64,000 bases of DNA from Batkoa obscura (taxonomy: Eukaryota), in contig JASVEC010000012.1 of assembly GCA_030770535.1 (NCBI GenBank), positions 1,116,001-1,180,000 on the forward strand, in the 5' to 3' direction. The notes beneath the pieces are model-generated. The model was not told where the DNA came from and made no database searches. It saw nothing but the letters and a program-made list of their open reading frames with translations. The translations under genes were made by a program, and so were the position numbers. Positions 25,108-37,645 of the stretch are shown here, piece after piece (the stretch's first letter is position 1; every line of letters begins with the position of its first letter).

Positions 25108-25876
25108 TTATGATGATTTTTGAAATTGTTCGTTAGCCATTTTCCATAATCCGATGACTGTACCACAAATTGCTCCACTTACACCTGCACTCCTTAAACC
25201 AGCTAATTTATTACTATCAGTATTTAAAATTAATATTGATAAGAAACTTACCAGTTGACTTAAAAAGAAATCCTACCAAAAACCCGGCCCCAGCTGAGGT
25301 ATAAATATCATCCGCAGCTCCTCCTTGTCTAACTAATAAACTATTAACAATATTATATCCCAAGCCTAAAAAATGATTAATTTTAACTCGAACAAAACTG
25401 CCATCAAATAAACTCTACCTAACATTCCCATTGAGTTTCCAATAAATGGACCACGACGGGTGCAACCATTTAACATACCATTATAACGTAATTTAAATGG
25501 TGACCCGCGTGTTGAGCGGTATCCTTCTATTATACCATATGCTCCACCAAGGGTTAAACCTTATTTTAAAATAAATAAATAAATAAATAAATGATAAATA
25601 TTCAAAATTACCTGCTAAATAAGTAGCCCCAGTACCAAATAAAATATCATCGGAAGCAGAACGAGAAGGTATAAAACCAAACGCTGTAGTTGCATCATTT
25701 CCTTCTTCTAATCTTATATATTCTATAGCGTCTTGATTCAACCCACCGATAGGATGTAATCTATTGGTATCTAATGAAACTTGACCTAAAATTGAAGAGA
25801 TGGTCTGTGGCTCAATTGGGGAGCTTTTTTCCTTAATTTCTGTTGGCTTTACACTATTATCGAAGAAGATGCCCAT
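25108..25876 (-). CDS. TIM23: Mitochondrial inner-membrane translocase subunit Tim23 (multi-exon)
   Basis: RLHPIGGL, PSRS.SDDILFGTGATYLAG, KLRYNGMLNGCTRRGPFIGNSMG, GFLFKST.G. Confidence 0.92.
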
Positions 25877-26531
25877 TGTATTGAGTTAATTATTTAAAAA
25901 TTAAATTTAAAAATTTAAACTTAATTTGGTGTTTTTTTGGGGCTTTGGTTTAATTTTTGGATTATTTTTGGTTTATTAGATTCTTTTTTATCTTGATTGG
26001 ATTGGCTATACACTTTGTCTGTTCTCCAACAAATCATTAAGACTTTTTATAATGAGCTTCCGAGTTTAATTGGTTAGCAGGATTTCTTTCCAAGCATACT
26101 TTAAGGATTTCGTTTTTATGATGAAATTAATCGAATGAACTAGAACTTATTGAGCTACTAGTGAGGTTTAGTGTATGTAAGTATAGAGAGTTAACATATT
26201 TTCCTTGGCTTTTTTACTTATAATGAAACACACGGGAGCATCTTTCTTTTTTTCTAGTGTTTTTTTTGCTTTTTAAGTAGAGCTCCAAGATATAAAAAAA
26301 TCATAAAATTCTTATAAATTGAATATCATTTCATTTTAACTAAAAATTAGTTCCTTGTTTACGAAATTTATTGGCTAGGAGTAAAGCTCGAAATTCGATT
26401 TTTTACAAATATCAAATTAAAAATGGGTGTGCGTAAAAATATCAGTTTACCTCCTATTTCAGAATATAAATACTGTTCTCCTATCATTTATAACTAAACT
26501 TTCTACTTACAACTAAGTTCTATCTTCTAAA

Positions 26532-27689
26532 ATGGTAAAGTAATAATTTATAAATCCCACTTTTTATAATAAAACTAACCCCAAATAGTTAATTTCATAA
26601 TAACGAAAACATATACTAACTAACTAAAAGCTTGGAGGAAAACAAATTTCAAGGTTGAGTTTCGGAGGAGCAACATTAGGGGGGGTCTATGGTCCTATTG
26701 AAATAGAATCGGCAAAGCAAGTACTAGATGAAGCGTTGAGCTCAGGTAAATTTACAGGAGTTTTAGAAATAATAAATTAAACAGTAGTCAGGTATTAATC
26801 TAATAGACACTTCGCCATATTATGGAAACTCAGAGCAAGTAATAGGCTTGTGTTTAAAGCAACTTGATTCTAAGTATCCAAGAGACAGTTATTTTATATC
26901 TACAAAAGTTGGCCGGTATGGAGCTAAACATTTCGATTATTCAAGGGGAACTGTTCGAAACTCAGTATTAACAAGTTTGAAAAGGTTAAATACAGATTAT
27001 TTGGACTTTGTTTATTGTCACGATGTGGAGTTCGTAGAAGAAAAGTTGGTAATTGACTCTGCTTTAAAAGAATTGTTTCTGTTAAAGGTAAGCATAAAGT
27101 TTCTTCATGTTATTAATCAATTAAACTATTTTAGGAAGAAGGTCTCATCCATAATGTAGGTATAAGTGGTTACCCTTTAGACATACTCGAAAACATAGCA
27201 AAAGAGTGTAATGAACGAAATGTCCCATTAGATTGTTTATTAACCTACTGCCATTATACAATTCAAAACTCACAATTAATAGATCAACAATACATTACTA
27301 AGTTCCAGCGATATAACATTAGGTATTTATTTAATGCCTCACCATTATCGATGGGTTTATTAAGTGGCTATCAACCACCAGAGTGGCATCCAGCAAGTGA
27401 AAGTTTAAAGAACGCAGCCGTTAAATGTAAAAATATATGCAATGAAAATAGTTTTCAACTGTCTCAACTAGCGTTAGCTTACTCTTTAAATTGCCCTTCT
27501 GAGTCTATATGTTCGACTATTGTTGGTTGTATTTCAACTGAACAGGTTAAAGAGAGTATGAATACTTTAAAGTTAGTTCAAGATGGGATTTATAACCAAA
27601 AGAAATATTGTAAAATAATTGAGCAGTGCAAAAAGGAATTTGGAGATGAGTATAACCATGCTTGGCCTTCTCCACCGTTAGATTATTGA
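26532..27689 (+). CDS. Aldo-keto reductase, D-arabinose/L-galactose dehydrogenase (Ara2-like)
   Basis: LSFGGATLGGVYG, GINLIDTSPYYGNSE, ISTKVGRYG, SLKRLNTDYLD..YCHDVEF, NASPLSMGLL...PPEWHPA. 5' end approximate. Confidence 0.88.
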
Positions 27690-28829
27690 AGACCATTTAA
27701 AACTAAGGATCACTAATTGTTTATTATTAATTTGCTTATAAGAAAGTTATAGTAAAATTAGTGTATAGCTTTTTATAAGATTAATAAATTTTAGATTATT
27801 TCATCGCTATTTTTTACACTTGTTATATTTTATAACATATAAGTTATGCATCGTTGTATTAGCTTTCAATTGTGTTTTACAATGAAAACACTATCAAATG
27901 TCGATCATCTGGACAATAAATTCAGAAACACAATTTATTTTTAACAACATAACGCATACTAATCAATATGTCAGTTGTTGATATTAAATAAAAGCTGTTT
28001 ATTCTAAATCTAACAAACTTATAATTAAATTTGAGCTAATAATCACATAAATTATTGTAGAAATTTCTTAACTTTCCTGTTATACAAAATGTTATATTTT
28101 AATTTTTCTTATTTGAACTGGGATTAACTATCAACCTAAAAAAAGTTAGCTTTTAGTCAATACTTATAAATTTAAATCTGATTGATTATTTTGAAAAATA
28201 ATAAAACCTAAATATTAAAATCAATAATAAATAACAAAAAACCAAAACAGCATTTAACATAGTCTATTAATGCATTATGGCCCACCTTTTTTATATTTTT
28301 ATTTTATTCTTATCTCTAATTTCGCTAAGTGGATTAAATCCAAATGACAGTAATGAAATATTAGCACATAATGAACTATTGAGGTGTTTTCCATTTTAGA
28401 TTCTCGACAACATTGAATTTAACTATGCAATCTATCTATGATTTCAATAGATAAATTTCATTCATTTTCGTCACTTTAAAATATCTGAATTTATTTCAAT
28501 ATGTAAAAATAAAATGACAATACTAACACTACCCTATTTTCCATTATCCTTATGTGTTATTCGTAGTATTAATTTTAAAATACATCTAAAACTCATTAAT
28601 GACGAAAGACTTCCCAATTACTGTAAATTACCAAAAGAATCAAGAAAACATCAGAGTCTTATTAATTTTAAACTAAAAGCAATGCTTTAAATACTAAGCC
28701 TTTCCTATCTAGCGTTGTAAGTTACACGTTAAGTGGCATCAACTTATTTTAATTTAAAAATTTGAGAATATTAACATATATCTGATTTAATTTAAGTAAA
28801 TTATGATGGGTAAATTAAATTATTTATAT

Positions 28830-29229
28830 TTAATTTAAATAACGACTAGAAAATCTCAAGGTATTTTGGTAAGTGAGAGAATTTACAATAATTTTTTCCA
28901 ACTCTAGTAAAATGTTATCGATTCAATATTTGCATTATTTATTTCTATTACAAATAAACGTGATGCTTTTAAATAAAAATAGAATTACTCCTTACTTCAT
29001 TATCTCTTAAATCCAATCATACAACGATGTTATGTGGTTTTTAAATAACTTTCGTTGGTTATCATATCCTTTGGATTTATTATATCCCATCTATAAAACT
29101 GTATTAAACAGCATTTCATATGGTCTTGGAATCTATTCCTTTTGGAGATATAAATCAAGCTTGTCATCTGGTGTTAATTTTCGAGCATTTTCTTTTAATT
29201 GTTTCTGATAAGAGCTCGAATAAAGCCCT
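28830..29229 (-). pseudogene. Intron-containing pseudogene relic, unknown family
   Basis: Frame GLYSSSYQKQLKENARKLTPDDKLDLYLQKE*IPRPYEMLFNTVL*MGY...LYDWI*EIM is bounded by TAG acceptor-like and GTAAG donor-like sites. The next exon-like block also has in-frame stops. Confidence 0.45.
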
Positions 29230-29259
29230 ATTTTGAAAAAGTAAAAAAAGTAGAAAAAT

Positions 29260-29362
29260 ATGTGAGGGTGTCTTTTTTTGTTAAAGAATTTCTAACAATT
29301 TTTCCATTCGAATAGCGCTCAAAAAGTGGAAAAATGATGAAACCAAGAAAAACACCTCAATT
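29260..29362 (-). mobile_element. MITE family A copy 6
   Basis: Reverse copy (AATAGCGCTCAAAAAGTGGAAAAATGATGAAACCAA). Confidence 0.85.
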
Positions 29363-29613
29363 ACTTCAGTACAAAGTCTTTAAACTAGCAAACAACTCAT
29401 CACTTTTTTTGACCAATAAAATCAAAAAAATATCAATTTTAAATTATTAAAACCAATAAATTCTTAAGACAAAATTTAGCCCATAAACTGAATTGAGAAG
29501 AATAGCTCACAAATGTATCCAATAAAGTTCAAGGAAAATTCCCTTTTTCTGCCCTTCGGTCGGTACTTACAGAGACAGCATTTAACTACATCCATCCCTC
29601 TGTCCTAAATAAA

Positions 29614-30079
29614 ATGTCTAGCCAAGCATTTACCAACTATGTTCAAGTCGGACGTGCCGTTCTCCTTCGTGGAGGAGAGCACGATCAAAAAGTTGCCTTC
29701 ATTGTCGAAATCATTGATCACAATCGTGCTCTTGTCGATGGCCCAACCACTGGTGTCCCTCGCCACGTTGCCTCTTTCCGTAACTTAGTCTTAACCAAGG
29801 CTTTGATCCCAAAACTTCCTCGTGGTGTCCGTCATGGTACCCTTAAGAAGTTCATTGAAAAATCAAACCCTCTTGAAAAATTCAATGAAACCAGCTTAGC
29901 TCAAAAGATTGAAGCCCGTAGTAAGCGTGTCAACTTAAGTGACTTTGATCGTTTTAAGGTTATGCGTATCAAGAAGAACGTAAGTTTATATAGTTAATTC
30001 ATCAATTTAATTTAAATTTTTATAGAAAAACATTTTACTCCGTAAACAAGTTAAAGTTTTAGCTAAACAATCCGCTTAA
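29614..30079 (+). CDS. RPL14: 60S ribosomal protein L14 (eL14), 1 intron
   Basis: YVQVGRAV, IVEIIDHNRALVDGP, LSDFDRFKVM; strong codon bias. Confidence 0.97.
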
Positions 30080-30604
30080 AAAACCAACTAATGAGTTTAA
30101 TAAAATGTAATAAATTATAGTTTTAAAGTTGAATAGTGAATTGGATTAATTATAAGGATATTTTTCAATATAAAGGTAAAATGAATTTAGATTAACATTT
30201 TAAGGATACAAGAATATAAGCGACATTGCGAAAAAAATATAAGACGTATAGAAGCTTTAAAAAAAATGGATATAAATATCAAAATCAAAGAAGTTTTAAC
30301 GGATGATAGGATTAAAAAAGAAAGCAAGATAAAGTGTATAATGGAATAGATAAATATATATCACGTTTTGATATTAAATACTTAAGTACATTGTATAAAA
30401 AAAAGATAATGATGATAAACGATCATTATTAAATTATTTTCAATAATACTATGGATATAACTTTAAAGTATCTGTTAAAATTACTAGTTTACTGAAGGAG
30501 ATAATTAAAAAAGCTATTGTGTATAAATATAGTTTATTTTATAGTATTAATAAGCTAAATCAAGAATATATTTTAAATTTTGATTAGGAAGTCCACTACC
30601 ACTT

Positions 30605-31844
30605 TTAATCACCTAATCTTCTCCCTTGCCCAGAGAAGGTATTGTTTTGATTTTGATTAGCTGCAGCGTCTGTATTACCGAACCCAAAAACAGATGGAGT
30701 ATTTTGAAAAAGCGGAGTATAACCACTAAAATAGATAAATATTGGATCAAAAGTTGATTAAATTTTACTTACCTCCCGGAAGCTGATTGATTATTTAAAC
30801 TAGAGCTTTGATTAGGATTCTGTTCGTGAAATAAAGGGAGTACTGGGGCGCTATGTAAGCTAAATCCACAAGAGTCATAGTCTGCAAATCGATGAGGAAA
30901 CTTATTTTTTACGAATAAAAAAGGATTTGAGTTTTCTAAACTTAATTTAATATCTGGTCGAAGCTCTAAAAAGCTCAAAAATTTGTACACATCTAAGTTT
31001 CATGTTAATTGTTGTGCTGTTTGTTTTTGAATAAATTACATAAATAACCGACCCAAAGTCCAAGGAAATGTCCAAGGAAAGAGGCGCTTGGAAAGATCAA
31101 ACTTATTACTAACAAAAATAGCAATGGGTACATCTGTGGATGAATATTACATAAGCCACAAAAGCTATTAAAAGTTAATATTAAAAAGGTATTTTAAATT
31201 TAAATACCTTGGTTCTGGGTATTCTGTAGATTTCCAAACTAAGAGAGTAAAAAATAGTCCACTTAGCCCTACAGTAGATGGTAAAGAGGCAAAGAAGGAC
31301 ATCGGTATAAGAGATAGTAGAGTATATACAGTAGAAGGGATTAAAATAAATGCAGGGATAAGATAAATAAGGTACTGGACAGTTCCAACCCTTCTTTCGA
31401 AGTTGCTACTGAAAGGAATGACAGCAAACAAGTTGATTAAAATATGGAAAAAATTTAAGTGAAAGAACGGATAAGTTAACAAACGCCAAACTAAATTTGG
31501 TAAAAATGATTAATTAAAAAAATAAAACTATTACCTTCATATCTTCCAGTTATAGCATCCGGGTTTAATGAAAAATATCTTTCACCAAATAAATCCCATT
31601 CATTTAAAAAACTCTTTCCTGAAAAAATACTAATCCAATAAAATATAAGCGAAATGCCATACATTGATAAGGATAACGCAAGGATGGAGCAAGTAACTAT
31701 TGGCATAGAAACCACCGTTTGTTTGACACTCTGTTTAATTGATTCTTTGATTCCTTGATAGTCAAAAGAAGGCATTGTTGAATGCCCTCCTTGCCCTGGG
31801 GTTTCTAATGTTGTTGGGCTACTGATTGTATGTATATTGTTCAT
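30605..31844 (-). CDS. Rhomboid intramembrane protease (Rbd2/RHBDD1-like) with C-terminal SHP box
   Basis: WRLLTYPFFH, HILIN, FERRVGT, catalytic GLSG and SFLGH, terminal FSGQGRRLG. Confidence 0.85.
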
Positions 31845-32311
31845 AATTTATAAATTGAAATAAAGCTTTCAATTTTTTTTGACATCAATTGCTTATGCAA
31901 ACTTTTTCTAAGCTGCATAATCTGTTGAATTTTAAAACTGTGACATAAGAAATTCCAATTGATAAATCAAATTATCATATAAAATGAAATTCATTTGTTT
32001 AGTATTAGTGTTATTATTTACATTGTGAATGTGTGTTTCTTTTTAAAAAACCATGATAGTTTAATAAAATATGGCAACTTTCCATTAACAAACTAATGCA
32101 TATTTAATCAGTCAGAATTTTATTATTTATAGTATTAAGTTTAATGGTAACTATGATTAATAGTTTATCTATACCATAGTATATAAATTTAAAATGGTGT
32201 CAAGTATTCATAGCTCAATTTTATTATTATATATTATAACAATATACACCTAAAAACATCTAATAATTTAATTAAAGAACTTTCATCTTTTTGAGTTATA
32301 GTGTCGATCAT

Positions 32312-33482
32312 TCAACGAGGGGGGGTTCTAGATCTCCTAGATCTTCTAGATCTGTTTTTGCCATTATAAGAGTATTCTCTACTATCTCTGTGAGGGGGTC
32401 GAATATCTCCTTCATTGTAATCACGGCGATACCTATCATCTCTGTTTTCTCTAAAGGAATGAGTTTCGTCATAATAGCCAGATTGTGACTTTCTGTATTG
32501 CCTATTTGAGTTGCGATGATAGTTGTCATATCTATCTTCTTTTGAAATCCCATTAAATCTGTTTCTGGAATTTGATCCATTATTAAAGGAACTTCTATGG
32601 TCTCTCTCACAGTTTCCTGTGTCGTATTTACTTGATCTTTCATCATATTCTTGGTCAGATTCGTTGTCATGTTTTTTGCTATTTTTATTTTTTCTATCTT
32701 TTTTATCTTTTTTATCTTTTTTATCTTTTTTGTCCTTTTTTTCTTTTTTTTTCTTTTTATCTATTCCGTTTAATTCAACATCTAAATTTGATTCTTGTCT
32801 TGAATTTGAATCATCAATTTCAGACCCAGGGATAGCTTCTCCAGCTGTAAAGGTAGTAGAATCTGGATTCCCAGTTAAATGTGTTGTATTACTAAATACG
32901 AATTAGAGAGTTTAAATTTTTACTATACAACATTTTACCCGCTGAACCCTATCCCATTAATTTCTTCTGCCTCAGCAACAAGGTCTCCTTCTTCGGTATA
33001 ATTACCTTTGCTTAAAAGTGCCTTTAAATCTTTAGGATCTATTGGGGCTACAGGCTTGCGTTTTTTTACAGGATAACCTCTAAATATGAATTAGTTTATT
33101 TTTTGAAACAACTTAGTATGATTACAAAGCTTCTGCTAATGCGTCTTCTTCAGCCTCTTTGATTTTCCTAATTTCTTCTTCCCTTTTCAAATCTCTTTCA
33201 GCTTTTGATTCTTTAGAATACCATGTTAGATCACGGTTTTTTTGCCATCTATTCATATTAATTAAAATCCATCTATTTATAGATATATTTACCTTCCAAC
33301 TGGGGCCATGAGAGAGTTACCTAAATAATTTTCACGATATTTATCCTCTTTAACATTCTCCCATTTGAATTGACCCCTGCCTCCACGAACCCCTTTGATT
33401 AAGTTAGTAAATGAAGATGGTTTTATTGTTATAATGTTTTACCTCCTCGCGTTTCTTGATATATTTTATCTTCTTTATTCAT
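32312..33482 (-). CDS. MMTAG2/C1orf35-like protein (multi-exon)
   Basis: [49 protein letters not shown] repeats, R/S-rich tail. Confidence 0.88.
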
Positions 33483-33841
33483 TTATAAAGCTTAAATTTA
33501 TTCAAGAGTAGTTTGTCCAATCAATTGATGAAGTTTAATTCAAACAAATTACACATATGCAATAATATGGCAAATTTTTTAGAATTTGTGTTTTAATAAA
33601 AATTTTAAGCTATTTTGTATATTTTTTCATAAAATTTTGTTTATATATTACAAACAGCATGCATAACAATAATTCTTTCCGACATGTTATTGTTTTAAGA
33701 AAATCAATTTTATTTTCGATTTTTAAAATATTTCACAAATGAACCATGAAGTCTGTACATACAATAAATAAAATATTTGATTGCTATTAGAACTAGTTTT
33801 TGTTTTAAATTTTATTTAATTTTATTAAATATCTAAAAATA

Positions 33842-33949
33842 ATATGAGGATGTTTTTTTTTGGTTTCATTACTTTTTCCATTTTTTAAGCGCCATTTGAG
33901 TGGAAAAATTGTTAGTAAAATTCTTAAACAAAAAAATATATCCCCATAT
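33842..33949 (+). mobile_element. MITE family A copy 7
   Basis: ATATGAGGATG...TATATCCCCATAT. Confidence 0.9.
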
Positions 33950-34309
33950 ATTATATTAGATGAGATAATAAATAGATAAGATAATATTAAAAACGTTTTT
34001 TAAATGAAAGATGATACAAAACGGCTATTAATAAAGATTTATTTAATATAATTAATTAAAGTTAGATCTATTTTTAAAATAGCAGTATACTTATAATACT
34101 ACTTTATGACCAAACCACATTATTCTATAATCTTACAAATTCTTACGAATTTTTGATTTATTGTAATGATGATTGAAGTTTAGAAAAAATTTATTAGCAA
34201 ATTATGATTTTAAAAACAAGTGATGTCAATATTTTAAAATGAAATCCACCAATTGATAGTATATAAACATGCGAATTTTATTTAAATATAACTATAAATT
34301 ATAAATAAA

Positions 34310-36133
34310 ATGTTAAGAAATACTCATCAAGAAAACACATTAAACCAAGAGAAACCTCGCCCTGATGCTACTATAGGACAAAGTGATATCAGCACTGGTG
34401 CTTTAAACAACTCAACCACTACTTCTAATGTTCCATCAACACATCATTTAGGAAAAGGTTCAAATACCTATACTGATGTTAAACATGATCTTGCCAATCA
34501 AGGTTATTCAAATACCACTGGAAATAATAGTTTGACTAATCCAGCTGGTCACACTGGAAGTGCCTCAACTGGAGTTACTGGAACCGCAAACGTACCTAGC
34601 CATGGACATTCTAGTACTGGACATAACATTTCAAACACTACTGAAAAAATTGTTCCTAAACATGGGTATGACGCTGCAAAACTCGCTGGCATAACAGCCA
34701 CTACCGGTACGGCAAGCGCTACTGGCACTGCTTCGGCTCACCACAATACTAAAACTAACCCAATTGGGACTACTGGAGATTATGCCAGAAACGATAAGTT
34801 AAACACTGCTAGTAATGTCGGAAGCTACGGAACTGGAACAGCTGTATCAGGAAATCCTGAGCTTGTAGGGGATAGTCACACGAGATTACAACACGGTACT
34901 ACCACAGAAAACACTCCAACTAGTCATCACACTACTGGGCATTCCGCTACAACTGGCATTAACACTACTGGAAGCACCTCAGCCACCGGATATCATGCTA
35001 CCGGAAGCACCCTAACTGATGACAATACCACTAGCTATAATACTACTGGAAATAACTTGACTGGTAACAATACTGGTAGAAGTAATTTGACTGGTCATGA
35101 TACTACTGGAAATAGCTTAGCTGGCTACAACACCACTGGATATCACACTACCGGAAATAATTTAACTGGGCACAATGCTAATGAAAGCACTTTAACTGGA
35201 AATACATTAACTGGTCATGATACTACTGGTCATCACACTACTAATAATACTTTAACTGGTAATACCTCAACTACTGGACCTCACACTACCGGAAATAATT
35301 TAACTGGGCACAATACTACTGAGAACACCTTAACTGGAAGTAGCTTGGCTGGGCATAAAACCAATGAAAACATTTTAACCGGCAATAACGCCGCCGGTCA
35401 TCACACTACCGGAAACACCTTAGCTGGTAACAGTAATACTGGGAATACTTTAACTGGCAATAGTTCAACTACTGGTCATCATACTACCGGAAATAACTTA
35501 ACTGGCCATAGTACCACTGGACATAATACTATTGGAAGCACTTTAACTGGCAATAGTTCAACTACTGGTCATCATACTACCGGAAATAACTTAACTGGCC
35601 ATAGTACCACTGGACATAATACTATTGGAAGCACTTTAACTGGTAATAACACCACTGGTCATCACACTACTGGAAACACCTTATCTGGGAAAGATGTTAC
35701 AGGACATCACACTATAGGAGACACATTAACTGGTAAGACTACTGGAAATACCCTATCAGGCAACAATACTACTGGTCATCACACTACCGGAAGTACAACT
35801 GCAACTGGTCATAATACTACTGGTCATAATACTACTGGTCATAATACTACTGGTCATAATACTACTGGTCATAATACTACTGGTCATCATACTACCGGAA
35901 GTACAACTGCAACTGGTCATAATACTACTGGCCATCATACTGACGGACACTCAACTGTAACTGATGAGAAGCCTTCCACTATCGGAGGAACATTTGATAA
36001 AATCAAGGGTACCATTAAAGAAACAGTAGGTAAAGTATTTAGTAGCTCTGATATGCAAGCCTCAGGGGCTGAAGATAAGGTAAAGGGCGATGCAAAGGTC
36101 ACTGCCGCTAAGCAGGAAAAGCACAATGCTTAA
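34310..36133 (+). CDS. 607 aa Thr/Gly/His/Asn pentapeptide-repeat protein with C-terminal CsbD-like domain
   Basis: Intronless, with GHNTT/GHHTT/GNTLT repeats and C-terminal GGTFDKIKGTIKETVGKV...GAEDKVKGDA; TATATAAA at about 34260. Confidence 0.88.
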   Translation: MLRNTHQENTLNQEKPRPDATIGQSDISTGALNNSTTTSNVPSTHHLGKGSNTYTDVKHDLANQGYSNTTGNNSLTNPAGHTGSASTGVTGTANVPSHGHSSTGHNISNTTEKIVPKHGYDAAKLAGITATTGTASATGTASAHHNTKTNPIGTTGDYARNDKLNTASNVGSYGTGTAVSGNPELVGDSHTRLQHGTTTENTPTSHHTTGHSATTGINTTGSTSATGYHATGSTLTDDNTTSYNTTGNNLTGNNTGRSNLTGHDTTGNSLAGYNTTGYHTTGNNLTGHNANESTLTGNTLTGHDTTGHHTTNNTLTGNTSTTGPHTTGNNLTGHNTTENTLTGSSLAGHKTNENILTGNNAAGHHTTGNTLAGNSNTGNTLTGNSSTTGHHTTGNNLTGHSTTGHNTIGSTLTGNSSTTGHHTTGNNLTGHSTTGHNTIGSTLTGNNTTGHHTTGNTLSGKDVTGHHTIGDTLTGKTTGNTLSGNNTTGHHTTGSTTATGHNTTGHNTTGHNTTGHNTTGHNTTGHHTTGSTTATGHNTTGHHTDGHSTVTDEKPSTIGGTFDKIKGTIKETVGKVFSSSDMQASGAEDKVKGDAKVTAAKQEKHNA

Positions 36134-36654
36134 TTTGACAATTTAACTTGTAAATAAAACTATGATTATTAAACTTATCCCACAAGAATAATAACCAAAA
36201 ATTTGACTTTCGATTTCACAGTTTTAATAATATCCTTATTCTTTTTAATGTAAGTTTTGATTATAATTTTATTTATCTTATGAATATGATGATTACTATT
36301 CAACTTTCTTGACTAAACCCATGGAAGGTCAAACATCAAGCTCAACAGGCTGATTATTTTACTTTGAACCATCGCATTTTAAATCATGTATATTTATTCT
36401 TTTTTTAGATTTTTTCGTTTTAGTCTAGTAGATTTGATATAAATAAAGTAATTCCAAATATATATTTTAACTTTTCATGTTTACAATTTTCTTAATATAA
36501 AGATTAGCTGGCTTTTCTTTCTATCATATATTTAATAAATAAACCAATTGTCTCATTAAACAATAGAGACTTATTACAATTTTTATAAAATAAATTTGAC
36601 TCCCAGTCTAAGTTTTTTAAAATCTTCAAATGAATGGAGGGGGGAGGGAGACTC

Positions 36655-36802
36655 TTACGCTAGAGAGAGGTTTCAGGTTGTTACTCCCAAAACTTGATTT
36701 AGTAAAACATGATAGTTTACTTGCCTTATTTAATAAAATTATCATGTTTTACTAAATAAATCAAGTTTTGGGAGTAACAACTTGAAACTCTCTCTAGTGT
36801 AA
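36655..36802. mobile_element. Near-perfect palindromic MITE-like element (family B)
   Basis: About 65 bp arms: TA-C(G/A)CTAGAGAGAG...CCCAAAACTTGATTTAGTAAAACATGATA versus its reverse complement, with a short loop and TA at both ends. Confidence 0.8.
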
Positions 36803-37539
36803 CATTTAAAAAAGAAATTGAATAGAAGAAGAGGTGAGGAATTAAATAAAAAATAAGTAATTATAGAAATCGTAACTATGGGAAGATAGTTTAATCTAAA
36901 CTATTTTTTTCTTCCAATTGAAATTGGTCCCAAAGACGTAAACTATCTTTTAAGAAACTATTTCACTTTTGATAGTTATAACTTTAAACACTGTATTAAG
37001 CGCAATAATGAAAATTTTAATAAATTTCCATTTCAATATTCCAATTTACATATTTGATATCCTTATTCTAATCTTATTCCTTTATTCATCGATTATAAAC
37101 TGGCATTCAGTTTTAAATGGTAACTATAACATTATAAAAAAGGCGGGAGATCCTTTTAAGTAATAGTTTACTGTAAACAAAATGAAAGCCAAAAAGGTTT
37201 CTAGGTTTGCTGCAAAGCATTGGTTAAAAGATCTCCCTCACTCTTGAACAGACAGAGTAAGTTTACGCCGAGCAAAATTTTTGAAATTCTAGGTCTAATT
37301 TCTGTTTTTGCAAATGAAAAGCTTAGCTATAGTGACTATGGATAAAAGTTATAAAGAGCAGCTAAAGAGACAGTACTCATGATATTATGGAAGAAGCAAG
37401 TGGTTTCAATATTTTGTATTACCTTTTAAACTCGAGCAATTGCAACTAAATGCTTTCTTCAACAAGAAGCTTCCAAAAATTTTAGATAGGTAGCTTTTTT
37501 TAATTTATGGCATAAACTAAACATCAAATACAAAATTAG

Positions 37540-37645
37540 ATATGGGGATGTTTTTTTTGGTTTCATTACTTTTTCCATTTTTTAAGCGCTATTTGAGCGG
37601 AAAAATTGTTAGCAAATTCTTAAACACAAAAATACATCCTCATAT
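37540..37645 (+). mobile_element. MITE family A copy 8
   Basis: ATATGGGGATG...AGCGCTATTTGAGCGGAAAAA...TACATCCTCATAT. Confidence 0.9.

Noticed and set aside
32308..32906. ORF-track entries overlapping the MMTAG2 last exon
   Set aside because: Wrong frames or antisense; the spliced frame ends [13 protein letters not shown] at 32312.
36655..36802. CACTA-superfamily assignment for the palindrome
   Set aside because: One end reads CACTA, but the flanks TTA/TAA are not a 3-bp direct duplication; a TA duplication fits better.
37180..37490. Slightly GC-richer coding-like patch
   Set aside because: No consistent frame or recognisable motif.
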